From an uncultured virus (IMG/VR IMGVR_UViG_3300032093_000098) (taxonomy: Duplodnaviria > Heunggongvirae > Uroviricota > Caudoviricetes), in IMG/VR virus record IMGVR_UViG_3300032093_000098: 20,000 nt of DNA. One strand, 5' to 3'. The notes under the pieces are model-generated. The model was not told the origin of the DNA. It did not search any database and saw only the letters and a list, made by a program, of their open reading frames with translations. Both the position numbers and the translations under genes were made by a program. This document shows positions 9,127 through 18,489 of the stretch, piece by piece; the first letter of the stretch is position 1, and every line of letters begins with the position of its first letter.

Positions 9127-9165
9127 AATATTAGTTTCGTCTCCCGACGTGTTGTTAAACTTTTG

Positions 9166-9198
9166 CAAAAATATCAAAAAACACACTAAAAATCCAAA
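9166..9198 (-). promoter_or_regulatory. Bacteroidota housekeeping-type promoter firing leftwards
   Basis: Minus strand TTTG (9198-9195), 21 nt, then TATTTTTG (9173-9166), matching the TTTG-N19-21-TAnnTTTG consensus. Confidence 0.55.
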
Positions 9199-9214
9199 TT
9201 AAATTAATTAGTGT

Positions 9215-9222
9215 TAATTTTG
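9215..9222 (+). promoter_or_regulatory. Bacteroidota -7 promoter element upstream of the 9239 ORF
   Basis: TAATTTTG(C) in an AT-rich intergenic region, 16 nt before ATG 9239. Confidence 0.55.
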
Positions 9223-9238
9223 CAGCAGTAAGTCTGAT

Positions 9239-9892
9239 ATGATAAAAATTAACATTGCCAACCCTGAGTTCCCTGAGTTGTCCGAATACAACCGAATCAT
9301 GGGGTATCTCAAGGGGCAGTACCCTGAGCTATCCGTGTCTGTGGTTCGATCTGGCGACAATTATGCTATGAGCAAGGTGTCTGTATCGAGAGTTCGAGAG
9401 ACTCATGTTCTTGCGGAGGGGTTCGCTATATATCCGCACTCACCAAACGCGGCTATCGGGCAATTAAAAGCCGATATTATCGCGATCACTCGATGCATGA
9501 AAGAGCTCGGTATTGAGTTTGAGTACATAGACTTTCACGTTTCTCGCCCCGAGCAAGTGCACGTTACGCGCTCAAAAATGAACTCTTGCGTATCTGTAAG
9601 ACAGCTTGTCTCTGTTTTAGAGGATGCCAATCACGAAAAACTACCAGAGGTATTAGCGTTTGTTGAGTCAAAGAGAGCCAAAGGTGGCCGCCCGAGTAAG
9701 AAGTCTATTATCGACATGGTTTTCTCTTCTCAAGAGGTAGACAAGAGGTCTTCGCCGTTGAGAACTGGAATTGAATGGGCAAACGTAAAGAGGTTGTGGG
9801 CAGATAAATTTCAGTCTTCAAAGTTTGTCAAACAATACAAAAGTCTTGATGAATTTTGTACATTTGCAACCGAAGAAGAGGTTAGCCAATGA
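9239..9892 (+). CDS. Hypothetical protein
   Basis: 217-aa ORF with its own promoter motif and an ATGA overlap with the next gene; contains a basic KGGRPSKK motif. No family recognised. Confidence 0.7.
   Translation: MIKINIANPEFPELSEYNRIMGYLKGQYPELSVSVVRSGDNYAMSKVSVSRVRETHVLAEGFAIYPHSPNAAIGQLKADIIAITRCMKELGIEFEYIDFHVSRPEQVHVTRSKMNSCVSVRQLVSVLEDANHEKLPEVLAFVESKRAKGGRPSKKSIIDMVFSSQEVDKRSSPLRTGIEWANVKRLWADKFQSSKFVKQYKSLDEFCTFATEEEVSQ
9859..9866 (+). promoter_or_regulatory. Possible internal -7 promoter element upstream of the tail-fibre gene
   Basis: TACATTTG(CAAC) 22 nt before ATG 9889; no well-spaced -33 element. Confidence 0.3.
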
Positions 9893-12800
9893 ATTTAGAT
9901 TCGGTGGTAAAAATACAAGTTGAAGGAAACGACATGGTGTCGTTTCTTGACTCGTCGAACGACTATGTGCATTCGGTTAACCAAGTCATTCCTACCAATA
10001 CTCCTACATACCTATCTTACAGGTACGATAGGATTACTATATCTCAAGACCCGGGTAGTTCTATTTCTTTTTCCGTTTATGCGATCCAAGAGGTTGGGGG
10101 AAACTCATTCACTCCGCTTTCGTTTCAGAGTCCTGCGGAAGATGTCTTAAAGAGAACAAAGGATATTTACAAACTACTCGTCTCTTCTGTTTTCAAGGGG
10201 TGTTGCGACTGCGGTGACTCTTCCCAAGAGTGTTCCATACATTATACGCATGGAGACGCCACTGTAGATGGCCATTTTTTGTACGATCCCGGCAATGCTA
10301 TTAAATTTTCGTATGTTACTGGCGGCAACCAGGATTTCTCAGGGTTTTTCCCGATTGTTCAGGATGGATCTTGGGTTTTTGTCTTTAGCAAAACTGACCC
10401 AACGGTGTATGCCGTTCTTCAATTGTCTTCTTTTGTTGATGCCGGCACCTACTGTGTTTTTAGCGCCACTGAGCTTAATGCTAACGGGGTGCCGTTTGTT
10501 GATGGAACTGAGTTTTGCATTCAGTTTACCAGCGTAGGCGGAAGCTTGGTTCAGGGTCTTCAGGATGTCATCACTCACGACCCGGTTTTAACAACAGACA
10601 ATTCGGTAGACGGCAACAGCACGGACATGAACTGGATCGATTTTGATACGTTCACTGTAACCGGAACCTCTGCTGTAGAGCTTGAGGTGCATAACGGAAC
10701 AGGGAGAGCTTCTGTTCTTGCGGGGACAGGGGAGGCCGAGGTTTTGTACTACACGTCTGGAGTCCCCATTGGCTTCATTGCTACGTCTACAGAGACGAAG
10801 GTTGTAACACCCGCCGTAAGCACAGGCGCGGCAACGCCAGGACAGGTATTGACCCTTGTGTCGATCGATGGGTCTGCGGAATGGCAAACACCCGCGTCAG
10901 GATCTGGAACGGTTACGTCAGTAGACATAACTGTGCCGTCTGCCTTCTCCGCTTCCGGCGGCCCGATCACATCCGCAGGAACGATTGCTATATCCGCCGT
11001 TGGTACGTCGGGTCAATACATTAAGGGGGACGGAACGCTTGGTAATTTTCCTGATCTTGGCGGTGGCGCCTCTGTGAATTATTACCTTAACGGCTCTGTT
11101 AACCAGGGCGTTTTTGGCGGAGATACTTATTACGAAATGAACAGGGTGCCTGTCGTTGGATCGGGTACTAACTTTACAATAGCAACCAACGGATATATAG
11201 CTCAATTTATAACAGATGCAAACGACCCGTCTCAACTTAATATACCAGCGGGCAATTGGAATTTTGAGATGTATTTCCAAGCGTCAAGCGCAGGCGGGAG
11301 CCCTTCATTTTATGTAGAGCTATACAAATGGGATGGAGCGGCTTTTACTTTAATAGCATCAAGTTCTGCTAGCCCTGAAGGAATAACTAATGGCACAACA
11401 CTAGATTTATATCTTACCGCATTGGCTGTACCCGCCACCACTTTGGCTCTCACAGATAGATTAGCGGTAAGGGTGTATGTAAATAATAGCGGTAGGACAA
11501 TTACCCTGCATACGGAAGACAACAATCTGTGTCAAGTTATAACCACTTTTACAACGGGTTTAACCGCATTGAATGGACTTACTGCACAAGTACAGAATTT
11601 AGCAGTAGGAACATCGGGAACTGACTTTAATATTAGTTCTGTTACAGCAACACACACGTTTAATTTACCAACGGCCTCAGCTACGAACAGAGGTGCCTTA
11701 TCTTCTTCCGACTGGACAACATTTAATTCGAAGGAGCCCGCGATAGCTGCCGGCACTACGGCTCAGTATTGGAGGGGTGACAAGACGTGGCAAACTCTCG
11801 ACACTCTTGTTGTTCCTGAAAACACCAATCTTTACTTCACCAACTCAAGGGCAAGGCTTTCTATCAGCCTGACAACTACGGGAACAAGCGGTGCGGCCAC
11901 TTACGATAACACTACCGGGGTGTTAAATATCCCGCAATATTCGTCTGGTGGGGGAGGTGGTATATCGTCTCTTAATGGCCTTACCGCAGCGACACAGACG
12001 TTTGCTGTTGGCACATCAGGCACAGATTTTGGCATATCTTCCACTTCTTCGACTCACACATTTAATTTGCCGACAGCCTCAGCCACAAACAGAGGTGCGC
12101 TTTCTTCTACCGACTGGACTACATTTAACGACAAGGCTCCAACAAGTTCCCCTGCGTTCACAGGCGTCCCAACAGCGCCTACCGCAGCGTCTGGAACGAG
12201 TACCACCCAAATAGCCACTACGGCATTTGTTCAGAACGCAGTAGCGCAGTCGGCCTCTCCTGAGTCAACATTTGGTGATGGATCTGACGGAAACGTCACG
12301 GTAACCGGACCTATCAGCCTGACGTCCGACATGTACTACAACGACCTGACCATCTCTGGTGCGGGGTCAATCAATATGGCTGGGTACAGGGTGTTTGTGA
12401 CCGGCAATCTTGACTTATCGAACGCAGGCGCAAGTGCTCTCCATGCTAATGGTACAAGCGGGATAAACAACGCTACATCAGCAGCCGCTGCCGGGCAGCG
12501 CGGAGGAGTCGGGGTGACCTCCCCAGGATGGGGAACCGCCGAGTCGGGCGTCGCGCTTGGAGGCACGAGCGGGGCTGGTGGTACGTCACCTACAGGAAAC
12601 GGAGCAAACGGCTCTGCCCCTACAAGTATAGGGGCCAACACGAGACATACAAGCGGTGGACCCGGTGGAGCCGGTGGAGCCGGTGGAGCTGCGACAGGAA
12701 CCGGGGGAACCGGAGGCGCAGCACAGTCAACCTCAACATCTCCTGTGGCAAACGTGATAAGAACATTTATACACGCGGCAAGAAATCTTGACTTCACAAG

Positions 12801-13368
12801 GTATACAATTAATTCTTCGAGCGGCGGTGCTTATGTTGCTGTCAATACTTGCGGCGGTAGACATGGCGGAGGCGGTGCCGGTGGCGGTGCCTCGACCGGT
12901 AACGGCAAGTCTGGCGGATCTGGTGGAGGAGGAGGCGGTATAGCTGTGATATACGCAAGGCAAATTACAGTCGGAGCCTCCACTAATTCGGCGGCGATTT
13001 CTGCCCTTGGTGGGAATGGCGGTGCTGGCGGAACATCTGCGTTCAATAGCGGTGGCGGCGGCGGCGGTGGTGCCGGCGGCGGCGGTTATGTGTACCTTGT
13101 TTTTGGATCTGTCACCGGTGGTTCGTATACGTTTGTATCAGCGGCCGGAGGAACAGGCGGAACGGGTAGTGACGGGACCGGACCGGGGGCTATTGGCGGA
13201 ACAGGCGGAACAGGCGGGTCGGGGGGAAGAATAACGGCTATAAACCTGTCAACAGGAGATATGACGCACGTCGATGGGACAGGAAATGCGGCTTCAGCCC
13301 CGGTGACCGCAACAACATCTACAGGAACCGCAGGGACCGTCGGAGGCACCTGCACATTCTCTTCTTGA
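9889..13368 (+). CDS. Tail fibre / receptor-binding-like protein with internal repeats and Gly-rich C-terminal domain
   Basis: 1159 aa, rich in Thr/Ser/Gly. Fibre-type motifs [19 protein letters not shown] and [13 protein letters not shown]...QIATTAFV; a duplicated 55-aa unit; C-terminal FGDGSDG plus GGxGG-rich domain. Confidence 0.75.
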   Translation: MNLDSVVKIQVEGNDMVSFLDSSNDYVHSVNQVIPTNTPTYLSYRYDRITISQDPGSSISFSVYAIQEVGGNSFTPLSFQSPAEDVLKRTKDIYKLLVSSVFKGCCDCGDSSQECSIHYTHGDATVDGHFLYDPGNAIKFSYVTGGNQDFSGFFPIVQDGSWVFVFSKTDPTVYAVLQLSSFVDAGTYCVFSATELNANGVPFVDGTEFCIQFTSVGGSLVQGLQDVITHDPVLTTDNSVDGNSTDMNWIDFDTFTVTGTSAVELEVHNGTGRASVLAGTGEAEVLYYTSGVPIGFIATSTETKVVTPAVSTGAATPGQVLTLVSIDGSAEWQTPASGSGTVTSVDITVPSAFSASGGPITSAGTIAISAVGTSGQYIKGDGTLGNFPDLGGGASVNYYLNGSVNQGVFGGDTYYEMNRVPVVGSGTNFTIATNGYIAQFITDANDPSQLNIPAGNWNFEMYFQASSAGGSPSFYVELYKWDGAAFTLIASSSASPEGITNGTTLDLYLTALAVPATTLALTDRLAVRVYVNNSGRTITLHTEDNNLCQVITTFTTGLTALNGLTAQVQNLAVGTSGTDFNISSVTATHTFNLPTASATNRGALSSSDWTTFNSKEPAIAAGTTAQYWRGDKTWQTLDTLVVPENTNLYFTNSRARLSISLTTTGTSGAATYDNTTGVLNIPQYSSGGGGGISSLNGLTAATQTFAVGTSGTDFGISSTSSTHTFNLPTASATNRGALSSTDWTTFNDKAPTSSPAFTGVPTAPTAASGTSTTQIATTAFVQNAVAQSASPESTFGDGSDGNVTVTGPISLTSDMYYNDLTISGAGSINMAGYRVFVTGNLDLSNAGASALHANGTSGINNATSAAAAGQRGGVGVTSPGWGTAESGVALGGTSGAGGTSPTGNGANGSAPTSIGANTRHTSGGPGGAGGAGGAATGTGGTGGAAQSTSTSPVANVIRTFIHAARNLDFTRYTINSSSGGAYVAVNTCGGRHGGGGAGGGASTGNGKSGGSGGGGGGIAVIYARQITVGASTNSAAISALGGNGGAGGTSAFNSGGGGGGGAGGGGYVYLVFGSVTGGSYTFVSAAGGTGGTGSDGTGPGAIGGTGGTGGSGGRITAINLSTGDMTHVDGTGNAASAPVTATTSTGTAGTVGGTCTFSS
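11569..12135 (+). repeat. Duplicated 165-nt (55-aa) unit inside the fibre gene (11569-11733 and 11971-12135)
   Basis: [55 protein letters not shown] versus [55 protein letters not shown]. Confidence 0.9.
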
Positions 13369-13580
13369 TAATGGAAAGGATAATAATGATATGCAGTAAT
13401 TGCTCGACAGAACTCGGATATGTTGAAGTATCCGAGGTGAGCCAAGGATTTTATCGTAAGTATATTTGCGGGGTGTGTATGGCTAACCTTGTGCCAGACA
13501 GCAATAGCCCGATAGAGGATATTCCTGAGGAACCCCCTATTGATGAAGAGCCAATAAATGAAGAGCCAATAAACGAATAA
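13365..13580 (+). CDS. Small CxxC-CxxC (Zn-ribbon-like) protein with acidic repeat tail
   Basis: CSNC and CGVC, followed by [21 protein letters not shown] overlap with the fibre gene stop (alternative ATG at 13371). Confidence 0.6.
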   Translation: MIMERIIMICSNCSTELGYVEVSEVSQGFYRKYICGVCMANLVPDSNSPIEDIPEEPPIDEEPINEEPINE

Positions 13581-13591
13581 GGGCAATAAAG

Positions 13592-15676
13592 ATGAAAATT
13601 AACTCAGTAAAATTTAAGGATAAAAATTCCTTTAATAAAAACAAGTCTAAAAGGAATGTTATTGAATTCCATGAGCCTTTTGGTATAATTGTATTTGCAG
13701 ACGAGCAGCCAGTTGAGCCAGATGTGCAAAAGGTTTCATGTGTCACCGAAGTTACTTCTGATCTTGAGGAAATACCGTCAGGACTTGCTGTAGTAAGGGC
13801 TAATGATTACGCCAAGGCTATTGAATTAGTAAAATCTTTAGGATATAATATAGTTGAAGAGTTTAAAGCACTGTCTCAATTTGTAGTAGACATGCCTGAG
13901 TTTACTGAATTTAAAGATTTCAAAAATACTCTTATTTCTGACTCTATATCAGAAGTAATAGAGGACATGATTGTAAAAGTAGTAGAACAAGGTGATACTA
14001 CCCCGTATTCTGGTCACTGGCACTTTGCTAATTTAAAGGCTCAGCAGGCTTGGGATCAATTGCCCGCCGGTGTTGTAAAAGATATCGCTGTTCTTGATAT
14101 TGCCTGCGATGTTAATCATGAAGACCTTATTGGAAGAACTAATTTAAACTGGAATTGTGTTACTGACACTCCTGACGTAGCCCCGGTTTCGGTAAACGAA
14201 AAACATGGAACTTGCTGTGCTGGAATTATAGCTGCAGCCACTAATAATAATGTTGGCGTAGCTTCACTTGGTAATAATCAACTTAGAGTACAATTTTTAC
14301 ATATAGGGTATAATTCAACTTCTTCTGGCTCATTTAGTACATCAGATAGTATTTTAACAAGAGCTGTAAATAAAGCAATGGCAAATCCTGATTGTGTAGG
14401 AATTTCTATGTCTTTTGGTGGTGGTGGATACCGCACCGCTTTTGCTCAAGCTTTACTATTAGCCTCTACAACAGGGAGAGAAGGTAAGGGTATTCCTTGT
14501 ATGGCTTCTTCAGGAAATAGTAATTCAAATGAATTTACTCAATATCCTGCTTGCTATCCAGGGGTAATGGCAATTGGGGCATCCACTTCAGCAAACACAA
14601 GAGCTTCTTTTAGTAATTACGGAACAAAACTCTTTGCTTCTGCCCCAGGAACCTCTGTAATAACAACAGACAGAACTGGAGCTGATGGATATCACCCAAC
14701 TAATTATCATTATTTTTCTGGAACATCAGCAGCTTGCCCTGTTTTTGCTGCTGTTGTTGGGGCTTGTTTGATTAAAAACCCAAACTTGACAGATTCTCAA
14801 TTGAAGGTAGTTCTTGCAAATTCATGTAGAAAAATTGGCGGATATGTTTATGATACAAATGGAAAATCCTTAGAGTTAGGATACGGTATTATAGATATGG
14901 ATCTTGCTGTTAGAAACGCTGGCCAAGCAGTGGTTACACCTCCGCCACCCCCACCTCCAGCACCTATTAATGTAGATATTACTTCATCAATAACAGCAAA
15001 TAGTATTGCTACAATAGGAACACCATTGAGTGTATTTTTGTCGATTAGCATGAATCAGGAACCTGGATTTGCATTAACAAATATTCCTTTTAGGTTTTTT
15101 GTTAACCAAGGAACAAGTTCTGAATTTAGTTCCGCGTCTTATGCCATTACCAGTGCTTTTCTTCAGCTTGGAAATGGGTTGTATTCTGCAAATACAACGA
15201 TTAACTTTATTATCCCTACAAATTTTACTACTGGTCAATACACCTTGGTTTGTCAAGTAGATCATACTAATGTTGTTAACGAAACCAATGAAAGCAACAA
15301 TACATTTTCAAGAGCTATTACTTTGGTGTCCCCAATACCAGAACCCCCTGTTGGTACTGTTGATTTAGGGATTGTGCTAAAAGACTTCTCTTGGTCAAGT
15401 GGTAGATTAAGAATCGGCTATGACTTAAAAAACAATGGTTCAGCCACAATTAACTCTTTCACATTGGTTAGAGGATTTGAAGGCAATACTCAATTGACAT
15501 CGAACAGTAATCAGACCCTTAGACCCGGGCAGTCTGTTTACATTAACACTAATTGGCCGACAACCCTCACCCCTCAATTACCTGCGGTTTTTAGAGCTAC
15601 ATTAACTAAGGTTAACGGGCAAAATGCGGATAGTAATGCAGCTAACAATGTGTCAACATTATTAATTACTACATGA
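13592..15676 (+). CDS. S8 (subtilisin-family) serine protease with N-terminal prodomain-like region, poly-Pro linker and CARDB/Ig-like C-terminal domains
   Basis: Catalytic triad motifs IAVLD (~14096), HGTCCAG (~14204) and SGTSAACP (~14726); oxyanion SSGN; FSNYG; C-terminal GYG; PPPPPPP linker; CARDB-like VDHTNVVNETNESNN. Confidence 0.92.
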   Translation: MKINSVKFKDKNSFNKNKSKRNVIEFHEPFGIIVFADEQPVEPDVQKVSCVTEVTSDLEEIPSGLAVVRANDYAKAIELVKSLGYNIVEEFKALSQFVVDMPEFTEFKDFKNTLISDSISEVIEDMIVKVVEQGDTTPYSGHWHFANLKAQQAWDQLPAGVVKDIAVLDIACDVNHEDLIGRTNLNWNCVTDTPDVAPVSVNEKHGTCCAGIIAAATNNNVGVASLGNNQLRVQFLHIGYNSTSSGSFSTSDSILTRAVNKAMANPDCVGISMSFGGGGYRTAFAQALLLASTTGREGKGIPCMASSGNSNSNEFTQYPACYPGVMAIGASTSANTRASFSNYGTKLFASAPGTSVITTDRTGADGYHPTNYHYFSGTSAACPVFAAVVGACLIKNPNLTDSQLKVVLANSCRKIGGYVYDTNGKSLELGYGIIDMDLAVRNAGQAVVTPPPPPPPAPINVDITSSITANSIATIGTPLSVFLSISMNQEPGFALTNIPFRFFVNQGTSSEFSSASYAITSAFLQLGNGLYSANTTINFIIPTNFTTGQYTLVCQVDHTNVVNETNESNNTFSRAITLVSPIPEPPVGTVDLGIVLKDFSWSSGRLRIGYDLKNNGSATINSFTLVRGFEGNTQLTSNSNQTLRPGQSVYINTNWPTTLTPQLPAVFRATLTKVNGQNADSNAANNVSTLLITT

Positions 15677-15677
15677 A

Positions 15678-16073
15678 ATGAAGAAAATCTTAAAATATTT
15701 ACAACTATTTGACGGTATATGGTCAATACCGCTGTCGTTTTTTTTATTCTTTCTTATTGGGAGATTGGGGTATGAGTATTTTGGAGACGCATTAATATCT
15801 ACAGAATACATTCAAATTGTTGCTATGGCAGCCCTTGTATTGATTCTTGGTAATTTCGTAGTATTCTTAGGGATTAACTTTAATTTTAGAAGGCTGCAAA
15901 AATATATTTACGGGGATAGTATTAAGACTGATTTAACGTATATTGAACCATGGAAAAAAATAAAGTTGTATTTTATTGTCTATTTTTCCTATTTGCTATT
16001 ATTCCTGTTTATCCTGTGGTTGCTAATGACGGCTACTGCGTCCGCGCTACCTCTGAATATTATGTCGGAGTAA
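15678..16073 (+). CDS. Three-TM membrane protein, putative holin
   Basis: 131 aa with three hydrophobic segments, directly upstream of and overlapping the endolysin. Confidence 0.55.
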   Translation: MKKILKYLQLFDGIWSIPLSFFLFFLIGRLGYEYFGDALISTEYIQIVAMAALVLILGNFVVFLGINFNFRRLQKYIYGDSIKTDLTYIEPWKKIKLYFIVYFSYLLLFLFILWLLMTATASALPLNIMSE

Positions 16074-16519
16074 GGGAAAAGGGAGGGAACAACAACGGTT
16101 TTACCAGCAGGGAATTACAGCGTGAAATGACAAAGGCCGGATGGCGCCCAGGCTATGCGTGGTGCTCTTTCTTTGTGAAGGCTGTCCTCGATGCATGCGG
16201 TGTCCAAAACTCCATCACCGGATGGTCGCCTTCTGCTTACAACAGAAAGGATGTTATTTATACAGACGGCAGGTTTAAAAAGTCTTTCTCTAACGGCGAC
16301 GTTTTGATATTCACCTTGAGCTATCAAAAGTTCTTGGGTAAAAGATACAAGGGGATAGGCCACACCGGGGTCGTTGACTGGGTCGGGAAATATTCCGTTA
16401 GGACTATAGAAGGGAACACGAATGATCAGGGGATGCGTGACAGCAGGACTGGAGACGGGGTATACATAAAGATTCGCCCGTTAAACTCCAGCCTCCATAT
16501 CACAAGGTGGGGAAAGTAA
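15950..16519 (+). CDS. CHAP-domain (NlpC/P60-like) endolysin with N-terminal signal-like sequence
   Basis: Motifs YVGVRE.GGNN, AWCSFFV (catalytic Cys), GD, GHTG (catalytic His) and TIEGNT; N-terminus MEKNKVVFYCLFFLFAIIPVYPVVA. Confidence 0.85.
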   Translation: MEKNKVVFYCLFFLFAIIPVYPVVANDGYCVRATSEYYVGVREKGGNNNGFTSRELQREMTKAGWRPGYAWCSFFVKAVLDACGVQNSITGWSPSAYNRKDVIYTDGRFKKSFSNGDVLIFTLSYQKFLGKRYKGIGHTGVVDWVGKYSVRTIEGNTNDQGMRDSRTGDGVYIKIRPLNSSLHITRWGK

Positions 16520-16522
16520 TCA

Positions 16523-16939
16523 TCAGAACACAGCAAGGTATATGACCCCGGCCGTAGCGATTACGCCATAGCACTTCCAAAAGATCTTCTTTCTCTTTTC
16601 TGACTTGAATTTCGACTTCTCTTCAAGGTACTGGGTCTTGAGGAACCGGATTTCAGCGTTAGCGTTATCAAGAGATTCCTTGCATAAATCTCCATTTTCG
16701 ATCGCTAAATCAAGCGCTTTTTGGGCTGCGTCGAGCTGATCCTTGTACATTCGGATTCTTTCTGACCTGGCGTCCAGGCTGATTTTGTCAACCCGAATCG
16801 TTTCGGCAGCAGCCGATATTACCTCCTGAGCTTCCCGGGGCACTTTTGGCGCATTATTCGCTTGGCATAAGCCTTCCTGAGCGATACTCGTTAAGAAGAT
16901 AATTCCAAGAATTGTTGTAAGTTTTTTGAAGTGAGTCAT
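16523..16939 (-). CDS. Exported coiled-coil protein with C-terminal hydrophobic anchor (possible spanin-like lysis accessory)
   Basis: The ORF track start is 16966; M at 16939 gives a cleaner signal peptide (MTHFKKLTTILGIIFLTSIA). Central coiled coil, then KRKKIFWK and a hydrophobic C-terminus. Confidence 0.5.
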   Translation of the reverse strand: MTHFKKLTTILGIIFLTSIAQEGLCQANNAPKVPREAQEVISAAAETIRVDKISLDARSERIRMYKDQLDAAQKALDLAIENGDLCKESLDNANAEIRFLKTQYLEEKSKFKSEKRKKIFWKCYGVIATAGVIYLAVF

Positions 16940-17252
16940 TTGATAAATGTGGTATTTGTGATACATAGTTTCTTGATGTTTTAATCATAGCGGCCTCTTG
17001 CTCTCTCATGATTTGGTCGTAGGCCATAAACGAATCTATGGCTGCCTTGGTTTCGATAATGATCTGGGTATTGTTATTCATGCTTTCGAGGTTCTCCTGA
17101 TTAATTTCCCTAAGCCTTTCTATGGCCTCAGACTCTTGGCTGCCAGTATTTCTTAGCACCCCCATATTGAATACGACGATAAATGTCCCCACAAGAATAG
17201 CGACCGATATTGAGAGCGTCAGCAGAACGTATATGTTTCTCGTTTTGTCCAT
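16854..17252 (-). CDS. N-terminal TM coiled-coil protein (possible i-spanin-like)
   Basis: Single N-terminal TM followed by helical/coiled-coil sequence; overlaps the downstream gene in another frame. Confidence 0.55.
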   Translation of the reverse strand: MDKTRNIYVLLTLSISVAILVGTFIVVFNMGVLRNTGSQESEAIERLREINQENLESMNNNTQIIIETKAAIDSFMAYDQIMREQEAAMIKTSRNYVSQIPHLSNDSLQKTYNNSWNYLLNEYRSGRLMPSE

Positions 17253-17256
17253 GTTG

Positions 17257-17264
17257 CAAATTTA
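17257..17264 (-). promoter_or_regulatory. Bacteroidota -7 element directly before the start codon (near-leaderless transcript)
   Basis: Minus strand TAAATTTG-CAAC-ATG(17252). Confidence 0.5.
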
Positions 17265-17443
17265 CTCAAAGTTTGAATAGCCTAAGTCTTCCCATTTCGG
17301 CCTCTGTTTTGCTGCCTCTTTTAGCTCTTGCTTCATAATCAACCAAGACAGCGGAAGCTCGTTAGGGGAGATGTGCTTGTTCGGTTTGACACTTGGTATT
17401 TTTTTCTTTTTTTTTTTTGCCTTCCATTTGATTGCGTTAACAT
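17262..17443 (-). pseudogene. Small ORF interrupted by a frameshift at an A12 tract
   Basis: The downstream frame KKIPSVKPNKHISPNELPLSWLIMKQELKEAAKQRPKWEDLGYSNFE* (stop 17264-17262) fills the gap, but is out of frame with both ATG 17443 and ATG 17427 unless the tract at 17407-17418 changes by one base. Confidence 0.45.
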
Positions 17444-17446
17444 TTG

Positions 17447-17803
17447 TTAATAAAAAATAAAACGAAGAGTTTGTATCTGCCTGTTCAGCACAGCGATGCC
17501 AGTTTCTTCCCGGTATTCTTTTTTTGCTTGAATTGAGTCAGTTTTATTCATGGCCTTCAGCCATTCTTTGTAACCACCATTAATCTGCTCAATTCTTCGG
17601 GAGAGGCGTTCGATTTCTTCCTTAACAAACTCTTCTCTGGGGGCGGTCTCGAGATATAGCTTCACCTCTTTGAGCCTCTTGACTTCCTTTTTTATCCGCG
17701 CCAATTGTTTTTTTGATTTGACGTCATTCTTGAGTAGTCTCAACTCATTTGCCCCTTGATAGGCAATGGTCATCATTTCGTTAATTTCTGATTTTGTTTT
17801 CAT
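17447..17803 (-). CDS. Hypothetical basic coiled-coil protein
   Basis: 118-aa Lys/Glu-rich ORF 3 nt downstream of the NinG-like gene. Confidence 0.7.
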   Translation of the reverse strand: MKTKSEINEMMTIAYQGANELRLLKNDVKSKKQLARIKKEVKRLKEVKLYLETAPREEFVKEEIERLSRRIEQINGGYKEWLKAMNKTDSIQAKKEYREETGIAVLNRQIQTLRFIFY

Positions 17804-17806
17804 GTT

Positions 17807-18346
17807 CTACCTTGATAAGTTTTTGATTTTGTCTTTGTATTCCTGGATTTTCTCTTTGATTTGATCAAGAGGCAGGCTCAGTCTTTCGTTTCTAATTGCC
17901 ATAAGTTCTTCGATCCTCTTTTTGCCTATCCTCGCCTCAAGACCGTTCCTGTACTCAATAAGATTGCCGTGCTTGTGCTGGTTGCACTCGACGCACTGAC
18001 CGTGCACGTTATCTTCGTGAAACCGCAGGTTCGGGTACGATCCAACGGAAAAGTAGTGGCCAGCATCATATTTGCCGGTTAATTTTTTACCGCAAGAAAT
18101 ACATGGCCTTCCTTCATCCCTTAGCCTAATGTATTTATTGAACCACTGTTGAAGTTCTCTTCTCCATTGAGATATAGACTTCATTCTTTCCTTGGCCAGC
18201 GCCAGTTCGAGTTTTGTTTTCTTTTTCTTTTTAGCCTCAGAAAATGATATGATGCAATCTGTTTTTTCGCACGTCTGCTGCATGGTGGAGTACTTCGGAA
18301 AAAACAACTCCTTGCACACCTTGCATTTTTTTTCTCTAATCTTCAT
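17807..18346 (-). CDS. ninG: NinG/Rap-family recombination endonuclease
   Basis: N-terminal CKVC...C...C, then FNKYIRLRD...CISCG...DAGHYFSVGS...LRFHEDNVHGQCVECNQHKHGN, the lambda NinG family signature. Confidence 0.88.
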   Translation of the reverse strand: MKIREKKCKVCKELFFPKYSTMQQTCEKTDCIISFSEAKKKKKTKLELALAKERMKSISQWRRELQQWFNKYIRLRDEGRPCISCGKKLTGKYDAGHYFSVGSYPNLRFHEDNVHGQCVECNQHKHGNLIEYRNGLEARIGKKRIEELMAIRNERLSLPLDQIKEKIQEYKDKIKNLSR

Positions 18347-18416
18347 TTGTTTTGATTGTGCGCTAATTTAATCACGATCTGCGTCCATCAATCGGCTTTT
18401 GTCGTATTTAATTTAT

Positions 18417-18443
18417 TCATTTTCTATATGTCAATTTTTTGTA
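18417..18443. repeat. Direct repeat copy 1 (27 nt)
   Basis: TCATTTTCTATATGTCAATTTTTTGTA; 25/27 identical to 19014-19040, with an exact 18-nt core at 18426-18443. Confidence 0.85.
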
Positions 18444-18489
18444 TGTCTTTACAAAATACCACTGTGTTGATAATCTTTATTGAAATTTA

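Noticed and set aside
9130..9160. Hammerhead ribozyme (hairpin followed by GAAAC; similar at ~19805-19835)
   Set aside because: The required CUGAUGA core is absent upstream of the stem in both places.
12336..13586. Pro-rich minus-strand ORFs and short GGC/GGTGGAGCC repeats
   Set aside because: They are by-products of Gly codons in the tail-fibre C-terminal domain, not independent genes or an array.
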